Shown in pieces: positions 35,943 through 43,540 of a DNA stretch of 59,914 nucleotides. The translations under genes and the position numbers were made by a program. The notes beneath the pieces are model-generated. The model ran no database searches and was not told the origin of the DNA. It saw only the letters and a program-made list of their open reading frames with translations. Within the stretch, counting starts at the first letter, position 1, and every line of letters starts with the position of its first letter. Origin of the DNA: a virus (lineage: Duplodnaviria > Caudoviricetes); IMG/VR virus record IMGVR_UViG_3300034374_007566, positions 1 through 59,914 of that record; one strand, written 5' to 3'.

Positions 35943-36228
35943 ACGCCCGCTCCAAGGGCACCGTCAGCAACCACGGCTCTTTGGTTTTTCGGTGCAGGAC
36001 CACAGGTACATTGCCCTGGGCGTCACGGATGGCCTGCCGCATCCAGGCACGGACGCTCTCTCGCTCCACAAACTTCACCTCCCAATGGACGCCATCAGCG
36101 TCCACCGCCAGGTCGGCCGAGCCTTCGCCGGAGAACTGCTGGGCCCGCCGGGCGGAGATTCCCAGGGCAGAGCGGATCGCCTCCGCAGCCTGGCGCTCGC
36201 CGCGTTTTCCCTTCTCCCGCTGGTTCAC
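35833..36228 (-). CDS. Holliday junction resolvase, PD-(D/E)XK type
   Basis: KGKRGER..RR.QQFSG..ADL..WEVK. Confidence 0.8.
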   Translation of the reverse strand: MNQREKGKRGERQAAEAIRSALGISARRAQQFSGEGSADLAVDADGVHWEVKFVERESVRAWMRQAIRDAQGNVPVVLHRKTKEPWLLTVPLERAYELFIRLEEARGPEVPAVGEPEVPGSVPPPVLPEEP

Positions 36229-36515
36229 AGGACCCTCACAAACAGGGGGCCATCCGGCCCGACATAGGCACCCAGCGTGTTGTATTCAAACCACTCCACG
36301 GCCTCCTCAGGAGACATGCCGTCCTTCTCCAGGATTTCCAGGCAATGGTCGGCGTCGTAGACCAGGACATGCCGATGGAATGGGTTCAGCGTGTAGCCAA
36401 TGGCGGCGTCTTCAAACCCGTCTGCGGCCATGGCATCAGGGTTCAACTCAGCGAGGACCTCCATCAGGGTTTCCTCCCGGAAGTCAGATTCGTCTGGCGT
36501 TCCAGCAGATACCAT
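36225..36515 (-). CDS. Conserved phage hypothetical (DGFEDA.IG / EEAVEWFEYN.LGAY.G)
   Basis: Recognisable motif. Confidence 0.75.
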   Translation of the reverse strand: MVSAGTPDESDFREETLMEVLAELNPDAMAADGFEDAAIGYTLNPFHRHVLVYDADHCLEILEKDGMSPEEAVEWFEYNTLGAYVGPDGPLFVRVL

Positions 36516-36865
36516 TCGTCTGGCTCCTCTGGCTCATAACCCAGGTGCTTCTTATGCCGCAGCGAGGCTAGGTACACCGGGTCATAGTTTTCGGGATCGC
36601 TCTGCTGCTTCGCCCACAGCACTGTACTATTGTATATCGGCGGGAAGTTCCCCGCTACCTTGCCGGCATGGAGAACGTCATGGCAGCGAGAGCAGAGTCG
36701 GCAGTAGTTCCTGACATCATGCTTGCGGGCGGAGCCGGACATGATGTGGTGGACGTGCAGGTCACGCCGGCCATCGCTCTGCGGCCACCAGCAGATAGCG
36801 CAGGAGAGGTGTTCCTGGGCCCACTCCCAGCATTCCGCCTGCTCTCGCTTGTTCATCCTTGCCAT
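36464..36865 (-). CDS. HNH endonuclease
   Basis: CAIC...VHHI...N..RLC..CH...H. Confidence 0.85.
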   Translation of the reverse strand: MARMNKREQAECWEWAQEHLSCAICWWPQSDGRRDLHVHHIMSGSARKHDVRNYCRLCSRCHDVLHAGKVAGNFPPIYNSTVLWAKQQSDPENYDPVYLASLRHKKHLGYEPEEPDEWYLLERQTNLTSGRKP

Positions 36866-37141
36866 AGCGTGGACCCCTTCCCTGCCGAGAAGGGGTGAGT
36901 CTCCTTGGGGGCGTCCTTGCCTGGGCGTGGTGCCGTCTTATATGGGGCTAGTCTCGGCTGCGACCAGGACGTAGGGGTTTTTGCTGGATCAAGTACCAGC
37001 CCGTTGCCTGGAGTTTCGCACGGACCACGCTGACTTCGGCGGACTCGCCGCTCCGGCTGTAGGCCGGCTTTCTTTAGGCTGGCGTCTGGTTGATTTCTAT
37101 TGCGGTGTCAGGAAGCCAGAATATGAGGCACCGCGTGTTCG
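36866..37141 (-). ncRNA. Candidate structured non-coding element (~275 nt)
   Basis: Gap in an otherwise overlapping operon; at least seven stems, with G-U pairs favouring the minus strand. Confidence 0.45.
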
Positions 37142-37342
37142 TTAGGTTGGATCAGGGATGCCGTACATGGCATTCCCCATGATCCGTATGTCACTACTAT
37201 CGAAGTGATTAAAGCGGCCGTCATCGAACAGCCAGACGCCCCAGACAGTGTTAATGTGGGGCCCGTAGTCAATCATTACCAGTGCATCACCCTCTCCCAG
37301 GGGCGTCATTACATGGATCGGCGGATTCAACTGGAGCATCAC
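37142..37342 (-). CDS. Conserved phage hypothetical (QLNPPI.V.TP.G..IDYG)
   Basis: Recognisable motif; coupled start. Confidence 0.75.
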   Translation of the reverse strand: MMLQLNPPIHVMTPLGEGDALVMIDYGPHINTVWGVWLFDDGRFNHFDSSDIRIMGNAMYGIPDPT

Positions 37343-37641
37343 TGCGGCACGGCACATCCACGGACGTAAGCGTGCCACTGTTCCATCATGTCGTCAGGCC
37401 ATTCCCATGGAATCAGGGTCCCTTCGATGGGGTAGGGCGTCAGAACAGCCCGCCCCGTCTCTTCGTCAATCTCTTCGGTCCAACCGACATGCGGGCAGCG
37501 CCCCTTTACAACCATCACCTTGGCAGCGAATGGGTTGTCTTCACTATCCAAGGCTGAAAACAGCCAGAACGCATCCCAGTCAGCAGGCGACCGCAGAACG
37601 GACACAGAGTTATTAGGCCAGGTTGCAACTATCAGTGACAT
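37339..37641 (-). CDS. Hypothetical protein
   Basis: GAGGAGG RBS. Confidence 0.65.
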   Translation of the reverse strand: MSLIVATWPNNSVSVLRSPADWDAFWLFSALDSEDNPFAAKVMVVKGRCPHVGWTEEIDEETGRAVLTPYPIEGTLIPWEWPDDMMEQWHAYVRGCAVPQ

Positions 37642-37650
37642 GGTTCCTCC

Positions 37651-37794
37651 TCACTTCGCCAACATCCACAAGCCAATGTTACTAAAGGCATAGCCTGCGT
37701 AGGCGATGCCCATTGCGTCGTTGCCCTTCAGGAACTGTTCAAAGCTCACAAAGGCGTAGACGCAGCCGGTCAGGATTATAAGCAAACCGCTCAT
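37651..37794 (-). CDS. Small membrane protein (47 aa)
   Basis: MSGLLIILTGCVYAFVSFEQFLKGNDAMGIAYAGYAFSNIGLWMLAK. Confidence 0.75.
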   Translation of the reverse strand: MSGLLIILTGCVYAFVSFEQFLKGNDAMGIAYAGYAFSNIGLWMLAK

Positions 37795-38051
37795 CTGTGT
37801 ATCGCCGGATGAAGTTCGTAACCGCATCCGCTTTCCGCGTCGGTAATCTGGATGCGGACAATCCTGGGGAACTGCGTGGCTGTGATCCTGGCGACCGCAG
37901 CCATGTCATGCTCGTCCAGAACTTCCTTGTGATTAGCCGCCCAGACCTGGATGGCGGCGTGGTCACGCTGGTAGGTTTCCTCACTGTCCAGCGTGACGCC
38001 CATCCGCCACCTCGGCATGCGAACGACGACGTAGTTTTGCAGTAGGTCCAT
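37791..38051 (-). CDS. Hypothetical protein
   Basis: Coupled ORF with GGAG RBS. Confidence 0.65.
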   Translation of the reverse strand: MDLLQNYVVVRMPRWRMGVTLDSEETYQRDHAAIQVWAANHKEVLDEHDMAAVARITATQFPRIVRIQITDAESGCGYELHPAIHR

Positions 38052-38075
38052 GGCTACTCCGGTATGTATCCCCAG

Positions 38076-38648
38076 CTAGAGATCAGGATTGCTCTTAGCC
38101 TCTCCATCTCCTTCTCCATCGCCGCCATCCTGGCGGAATGCCTGCATGTCGCCATCGACCCATTGCAGTTGGTCCTCTGTGCAGAGGTACTGCAACAAGG
38201 TGTCGGCTGGTCGCAGGAACTTGGTTGGGGCGACGAGGGTGCTAACTTTGAACCCTCGCATCGAATCCCAGATTTCTTGGAACTCCCAGGAGTCGTCTCT
38301 GTCCAGGGCGGAAATCCAGCACCAGGCTCCGGTTGGCTTGGACAAGAAGACCCAAGCCCATGGCTGTGGTCCGTTCTTAAGGCCTGACTCGTCATCTACG
38401 AACACTGTGTCATATGGGTAATCCTTTGGTCCTGTGAACTTCAGTCCGCGCAGCTTGACTTCGATTGCGACGAGGCCAACGCAGTCGGGCGTGGGGCAGA
38501 AGTCCTTCCGCGGGTTGTGGTTAGGAAGAACAAGCTTCTTCCCGTGAGCCACAGCCCCCCCAGCAGTCCGACAGGTCTCCACCCAGTGCTTCTCGGCCCG
38601 GTGTGCCTCGCCAAGGACCCGCAAGAAGTCCGCTTTGCGCCAGCTCAT
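38076..38648 (-). CDS. PD-(D/E)XK nuclease-like protein
   Basis: AE..W..TPDC..IEVK.R..F. Confidence 0.65.
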   Translation of the reverse strand: MSWRKADFLRVLGEAHRAEKHWVETCRTAGGAVAHGKKLVLPNHNPRKDFCPTPDCVGLVAIEVKLRGLKFTGPKDYPYDTVFVDDESGLKNGPQPWAWVFLSKPTGAWCWISALDRDDSWEFQEIWDSMRGFKVSTLVAPTKFLRPADTLLQYLCTEDQLQWVDGDMQAFRQDGGDGEGDGEAKSNPDL

Positions 38649-39144
38649 TACGCCTCCTCACTACAGCAGCCCGAGCGTAAATCTCGTCCTGCGTTAGATC
38701 GGTCTCTAGGATGTCCTCCCAGTACTCACTGGAGAGGGGCTCTGCCTTGCGGATACGGTCGATCCGCAAGTCGCAGTCTCTGACAACCTCATCGCTCACG
38801 CCGAAGGCTGCGGCGATGTGGCGGTATGTTCGCTCTGGGTAGCCCAGTGACAGGGCGATCAGCCGGTCCCGTGAAGGCAGGCCGTGCTTGCGGAGCATGT
38901 ATGACATCCGCATGGCGACAGGCTTTGACAATCCGATCTGGATCGACACCTTCTTCAGCCCCTCACGGTTCTTTACCACCCTGTGATACAGAGTCGGTGC
39001 CAGTGCGAGCGGCACGCCCGCGGAACCAGTCCGCAACTCTTCGCCATATTCCAGGCCGGTGAGCCTCTCCCTCTCCCTCATCTTCTTCCTCCTCCACAAA
39101 CGGAAAAGCCTCTTCGACGTGAAGAAGCCGCGTGATCTCGTCAA
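38521..39144 (-). CDS. Hypothetical HTH-containing protein
   Basis: TYRHIAAAFGVSDEVV; coupled to the helicase stop. Confidence 0.55.
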   Translation of the reverse strand: MTRSRGFFTSKRLFRLWRRKKMRERERLTGLEYGEELRTGSAGVPLALAPTLYHRVVKNREGLKKVSIQIGLSKPVAMRMSYMLRKHGLPSRDRLIALSLGYPERTYRHIAAAFGVSDEVVRDCDLRIDRIRKAEPLSSEYWEDILETDLTQDEIYARAAVVRRRNELAQSGLLAGPWRGTPGREALGGDLSDCWGGCGSREEACSS

Positions 39145-40628
39145 GCGTGCTGGAGAGCAGTGCGTCTCTCCTTTTCTCTCCGGAAGTAACCTCGCTGCCA
39201 GCCTCGGATGGTTGGCTGCCTGAGTGCCCAGTCGATGTAGCCATCTGGTACGTCCCTCATTCGCTTGCCCGCGTACCGCCCCCGTAGCGGCACCTTGTAA
39301 TCTGCGATGTCCTTCTTCTGGCCGCGGATGTTGACTTCCTCGGCATGTAACTCAGCCTCTGCCTGGCCATGTAACGCCCGCAGCCCCTCTTCGATCAGCT
39401 TGGCCTTGCGGAGTTTCTCGGCGGCCTGGGCTAGCAGGTCGGCCTCGTCCATCGGCTCGTCGGCCTCGCCGGCAGCCTCGCGGGCGAACTCCCGGAGTTC
39501 TGGTTCTTTGACGAACATGTCCACAGCAGTCACCAGACGGTGGTCGGCCACGCTGTCGGTGATGTCGATGATCCGGAAGTGCGGCTTGTCGCTGGCGGCT
39601 ATGGCAGCACGCCGCTCCTCGGCGGTCTCCAGGCCATCCACCACCCCAGGCAGTGGACGCATCGCCCTCCCGTAGATTTGCAGGGCGAGGACCAGGCTCT
39701 TGGTCGGCCTGGCCATGAAGATCGTCTCCGTGATCGGAGCGTCGAAGCCCATGGTCGCAACCTGGCAGTTGCACAGAAGGTCCAGGTCGCCTTGCCGGTA
39801 GCGGGCGATGATCTGGTTTCGCTCCTCCTCAGGCTGGATCGACTTGTCACCGCAGACAAAGGCTGCGTTGATGCCGTACTTGGGAGCCATCTCAGCGAGA
39901 GCGCGGGCGCTGGCAACACCGGGGAGGAAGGCGATGGCCGCGCCTCTGCGCTCTCGCTGGATGGTCACGCACAGTTCAGACAGTGGCCTCGCGGCCCCCA
40001 TGATCAGGTCCAGGTCGGCGGCACTGAAGTCTCCCCCAGTGACCCTGACATCAGTCATCTTGAAGTGCCGGCAGCGAACGATCTTCGCCAAGGGAGGGAC
40101 GCACCAGCCCTGGTCGATCCCTTCCTCGGCCGCCATATGGAAGGCCTCATGCTCATAGACCTCCATCAGCGGCTTGCCGTCCATGCGGAACGGCGTGGCG
40201 GTGAAGCCGATCACATAGCCGCCAGCCTCCACAAACTCCCGCAGCATGGCCAGGAAGGCCGGGCTGAACTGGGTGTGGCACTCATCGATGATGATGACAC
40301 GCACCCCCAGGAATCGCTTATACCTCCCCCGCAGGAGAGTCTGAGCGGAAGCCACAGTGACCCTGCCGTCCTGGCCCCAGGCACCAGCCATCTCCACGTC
40401 CGTGTACTCGCCCGTCACTCTGTCGGCGGTGTCGGCTGCCTGCCAGACAAGCTCCCGCATGGGGGCGATGATTAGAATCTTGCTGTTGCACAGCATCTTG
40501 GCCAGGAGCGAGAAGATCACGGTCTTCCCAGCCCCGGTGAACAGCGTGCAAAGAATCCACCTGTGACCAACTGCCATCGCATCGATGAGCCGGTCGCAGC
40601 ATTCCTGCTGGTAGTCTCTCGCTTTCAT
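39141..40628 (-). CDS. Superfamily 2 DExH helicase (RadD/YejH-like) with small C-terminal domain
   Basis: RDYQ, TGAGKT, DECH, TATP, GFDAP, QIYGR.MR; C-terminal GRYAGK.M.DVP..YI.W. Confidence 0.92.
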   Translation of the reverse strand: MKARDYQQECCDRLIDAMAVGHRWILCTLFTGAGKTVIFSLLAKMLCNSKILIIAPMRELVWQAADTADRVTGEYTDVEMAGAWGQDGRVTVASAQTLLRGRYKRFLGVRVIIIDECHTQFSPAFLAMLREFVEAGGYVIGFTATPFRMDGKPLMEVYEHEAFHMAAEEGIDQGWCVPPLAKIVRCRHFKMTDVRVTGGDFSAADLDLIMGAARPLSELCVTIQRERRGAAIAFLPGVASARALAEMAPKYGINAAFVCGDKSIQPEEERNQIIARYRQGDLDLLCNCQVATMGFDAPITETIFMARPTKSLVLALQIYGRAMRPLPGVVDGLETAEERRAAIAASDKPHFRIIDITDSVADHRLVTAVDMFVKEPELREFAREAAGEADEPMDEADLLAQAAEKLRKAKLIEEGLRALHGQAEAELHAEEVNIRGQKKDIADYKVPLRGRYAGKRMRDVPDGYIDWALRQPTIRGWQRGYFRREKERRTALQHA

Positions 40629-40699
40629 CAGCCTCTCCCTGGCTGTGCCCCCCGGGGCCCTCCTTGGACCCCGGGGGACGCAATCCGTTCAGCCATCCT

Positions 40700-41026
40700 T
40701 CAGAACGCCGGAATCTCTGCTTCCTCCCTGACCCCGCCTCCAAGCAGGGCAAGATTCCGAACGTCCAGCGACCAGAACTCCTTTTGCTGGCCGTCCTTCT
40801 CATACTGGCGGCACTTCAGTTCGCCGCTCACGGCAACCTGCTTGCCGCGGGTGAGGTACTCAGTCACCCCGCCAGGTCGCCACATGTCGCAGGAGATGTA
40901 GAGCGTCTCGTCCCGCCGGCCATTGACCGCAATGCGGAACGAAGCGACTTCGTTCTCTCCAACCACCTTGCTCTCGGCGTCACGGGTCAGGTTGCCAGTG
41001 AACGCACAGCTATTCAGACTTGCCAT
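40700..41026 (-). CDS. ssb: Single-stranded DNA-binding protein
   Basis: GNLTRDAE..F.IAVN..YLTRGKQVAVSGEL; acidic tail ending IPAF. Confidence 0.92.
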   Translation of the reverse strand: MASLNSCAFTGNLTRDAESKVVGENEVASFRIAVNGRRDETLYISCDMWRPGGVTEYLTRGKQVAVSGELKCRQYEKDGQQKEFWSLDVRNLALLGGGVREEAEIPAF

Positions 41027-41675
41027 CTCGTCCTCCTTCTATATTGGCCGCATAGGCCTCCACTCGGTCCAATACGCCGGGCGAGCAAACCTTCTCACTC
41101 ACCCGGAGTTTCACCAGGCCGACGATCTTCTTGACCTCGGCCTTGTTCTTTGCCTTGTCCAACTGGTGCTTGGCGGCCTGTTCGATCTCCAGGCTCTTGT
41201 CGCCCTTCTTGTCGGGTGCGACACGCTGACCGTCGTCGTCCTCCTCCGCCCAGCCACCCACCAAGCCAAGCAGCAGATATTTCTTGGCGTAGGTGTACGC
41301 CGACCCAAGGCTCTGCATGTCCATCTTCGCCTCGCCAGACTTGTCAACGCCCAGGTAGATCGGGCACTGCGAGGTAATGAACTGGCCGCTCTTGTGGCGG
41401 AGAATGCCCGTGGCGATCCACTCGCCCTGGCGGTGCGACAATCCAATCTGAGGCAGGGCCAGGCCGTACTTGGTCAGCGGCCCCCTGAGCGCCTCGCAGA
41501 TTCCCGCGTAGGTCAGGTAGTGGTACTTCCCGAACTTGTTCTCGCCGGTCTTGGAGATCGCAGGGTATTCCGCCTGGGCCTTTGCCAAGTCAGCGGTCAA
41601 CTCTGCGGTCTCTGTCGAACTCGTCACCCCAAAGAGCGAGTGGTCAAGCACCGAGTCCATTCTTGCAATCGTCAT
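41010..41675 (-). CDS. erf: ERF-family single-strand annealing protein
   Basis: LAKAQ..N....Y..L...GL..H.SGQ..Q.LGSA.TYAKKY..EDDDG. Confidence 0.9.
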   Translation of the reverse strand: MTIARMDSVLDHSLFGVTSSTETAELTADLAKAQAEYPAISKTGENKFGKYHYLTYAGICEALRGPLTKYGLALPQIGLSHRQGEWIATGILRHKSGQFITSQCPIYLGVDKSGEAKMDMQSLGSAYTYAKKYLLLGLVGGWAEEDDDGQRVAPDKKGDKSLEIEQAAKHQLDKAKNKAEVKKIVGLVKLRVSEKVCSPGVLDRVEAYAANIEGGRDGKSE

Positions 41676-42553
41676 CTCTGTCCTCCTCTAGTCCAGGCTG
41701 GGAACTCCAGCTCCATCTCCTCCTCATCCTCCGCACTGCGATACACGCCCAGCTCCCTCCGCAGGGCCATCTGGTCCAGCGTGACCGCAATCTCCAGCCT
41801 CGCCCGCTGCACCAGGTCCTCTGGGAGCGTGTACACCCGCACCGCAAACGGGGGCGTACTCTGGGCAAAGACAAACTTCAGTTGGTGGTCGGGCCAGCCG
41901 CAGGCCATGGCAGCATCGACGTACCACGCGGCTTGCCAGAGGTAGCCGTAGTCGATGCAGGAGCGGTAAAGCTGCGACCAGTTGCTGGATGTGGTCTTGA
42001 AGTCCCACAAGTAGTCGGGCGTCACCCCGTCAGCCAAAGCCTTCCGCTTGTGGCCGGCGGCGTCCGTGTGGCGGAACGTCGCCTGGCAGTCCTCTGTGGC
42101 TTCGATGATCTCCCGGGCGGCCCGGTTGCCCATCACGTTGGCAACGATGTGGCGGAGCTTCCAGGAGTCGGAGCGGGAGATTTCCATCGCATTACCGATG
42201 GAGTCCTTCCATTCGGTGTACGCCTTTCCACGCCTTGCCCCGTTGCTCAGGACCTCGTCAGGCGGCGAGACGTACAGAGATTCCCATTCCACGCCGCAGA
42301 CCAGCATCGGGATCGCCCTGTCAACCAGGGTCCCGAAGTCAGTCGCTGAGTTGCCGGTGAACAGGCGTTCCCCGCTGTCCAGCATTTCCTGCCCCAGCCC
42401 GCCGTTCTTGAAGACTGAGTGGGCTGTGCTGCGGGTGACGTGCCCGTCGTCCTGACGGTAGGCAAGGTCAATGGACTCTTGGTCCAAGAGCAGCTTCGTC
42501 CCGCTGGTGGAATCGATGCAGCCAGTCGTATAGCCTGAGATAGTGGTCGTCAC
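41672..42553 (-). CDS. RecE/ExoVIII-like PD-(D/E)XK exonuclease
   Basis: FGTLV..KALADG..DFKTT..YGY.WQAAWY; GTG start with GGAGG RBS. Confidence 0.85.
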   Translation of the reverse strand: MTTTISGYTTGCIDSTSGTKLLLDQESIDLAYRQDDGHVTRSTAHSVFKNGGLGQEMLDSGERLFTGNSATDFGTLVDRAIPMLVCGVEWESLYVSPPDEVLSNGARRGKAYTEWKDSIGNAMEISRSDSWKLRHIVANVMGNRAAREIIEATEDCQATFRHTDAAGHKRKALADGVTPDYLWDFKTTSSNWSQLYRSCIDYGYLWQAAWYVDAAMACGWPDHQLKFVFAQSTPPFAVRVYTLPEDLVQRARLEIAVTLDQMALRRELGVYRSAEDEEEMELEFPAWTRGGQR

Positions 42554-42648
42554 GCTTTCCTCCCGTTTTTGGGATAAGCGTGGACACCACAAGAGGGGCG
42601 GACGGCAGGACCATGTGTCCTGCTTCGCCGCACAACGGGCTGTGCTAG

Positions 42649-42667
42649 CCAACTGAGCTAGCTGCCC
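42649..42667 (-). other. tRNA 5'-end fragment, candidate attP core
   Basis: GGGCAGC-TAGCTCAGTTGG equals an acceptor 5' strand plus D-arm start; 45 nt from the integrase start. Confidence 0.55.
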
Positions 42668-42712
42668 GCCCTCTTGACTGACCCCTTTTTTGGGGGCAAG
42701 TAAAGGTGTGCC

Positions 42713-43540
42713 ATGCTTATCCTAGATTACGCTAAACAATACGCTAACAGAGTCGGTGCTTCTCCGGGATACCTGGAGCAGTTGGAAGTGTTTTTCCGCC
42801 GATTGCCGTGGAATGTGGAGTCTGTTACAGCAGACAATGTCGATGCCTACCTCACGCAGGCGCTCACTCATCTCTCCCCTCAGACCGTCGCCAACCACCG
42901 CAGAATGCTCACAACCGTCATGGACGACGCAGCCAAGCAAGGAGTGAACACCTGTATACACAGGCGATTCCGCCGAGTCAAGGTGCCCAGACCGATTCCG
43001 AGAGCTTGGAGCCGGAGCGAGATTCGCTGCCTGGTGGACGAGGCTAGAGCAGAGAGCGGTCATTTCCGTGACCTACCGAAGTCCGATTTCCTTGTCGCCT
43101 GGTTTTTGGCCGGCTACTGCCTGGGCCTCCGGGCGGGAGATTTGCACGCCATCCGTTGGGAGCAAATCCGTGGGCGAAGGTTGTATCTGATCCAGGGCAA
43201 GACTGCAAGCCCGCACGTTGCGGTTTTTACCGACGAGGCTTTGCTGGCGTGTAAGGCCCTTCCGCGGCGGGCCCGGGTCTTTGGTGACTTCGCTGCTATC
43301 AACACCATCCAGCAGTGGGTGGCCAAGGTGGTGAAGCGGGCGGGCCTGGCCGGCAGCACCAAGTTCCTCCGGCGAAGCTGTGCGACCTATAGCAAGGTCA
43401 TGGGCAAGAGCCCGCAGCATGCCCTCGGCCACCTCACTGAAGGACTGGCCGAACGGAACTACGTTGACCGCCTTCTATATGAAGAGGAGGCCGGCATCAA
43501 CGGAGAGCCGCTGCCGGCAGTGCTAGATGTTGAAGACTGA
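42713..43540 (+). CDS. int: Tyrosine recombinase (integrase)
   Basis: GLRAGDL (R), QGKT (K), KFLRR (R), LGH, NYVD (Y). Confidence 0.9.
   Translation: MLILDYAKQYANRVGASPGYLEQLEVFFRRLPWNVESVTADNVDAYLTQALTHLSPQTVANHRRMLTTVMDDAAKQGVNTCIHRRFRRVKVPRPIPRAWSRSEIRCLVDEARAESGHFRDLPKSDFLVAWFLAGYCLGLRAGDLHAIRWEQIRGRRLYLIQGKTASPHVAVFTDEALLACKALPRRARVFGDFAAINTIQQWVAKVVKRAGLAGSTKFLRRSCATYSKVMGKSPQHALGHLTEGLAERNYVDRLLYEEEAGINGEPLPAVLDVED

Noticed and set aside
36464-37141. IscB/HEARO (OMEGA) element
   Set aside because: HNH protein is only 133 aa with no RuvC segments or PLMP N-terminus; kept only as an unassigned RNA-plus-HNH observation
42591-42675. Functional tRNA gene
   Set aside because: No 7-nt anticodon loop, no T-loop consensus, and the acceptor stem does not close as in a tRNA
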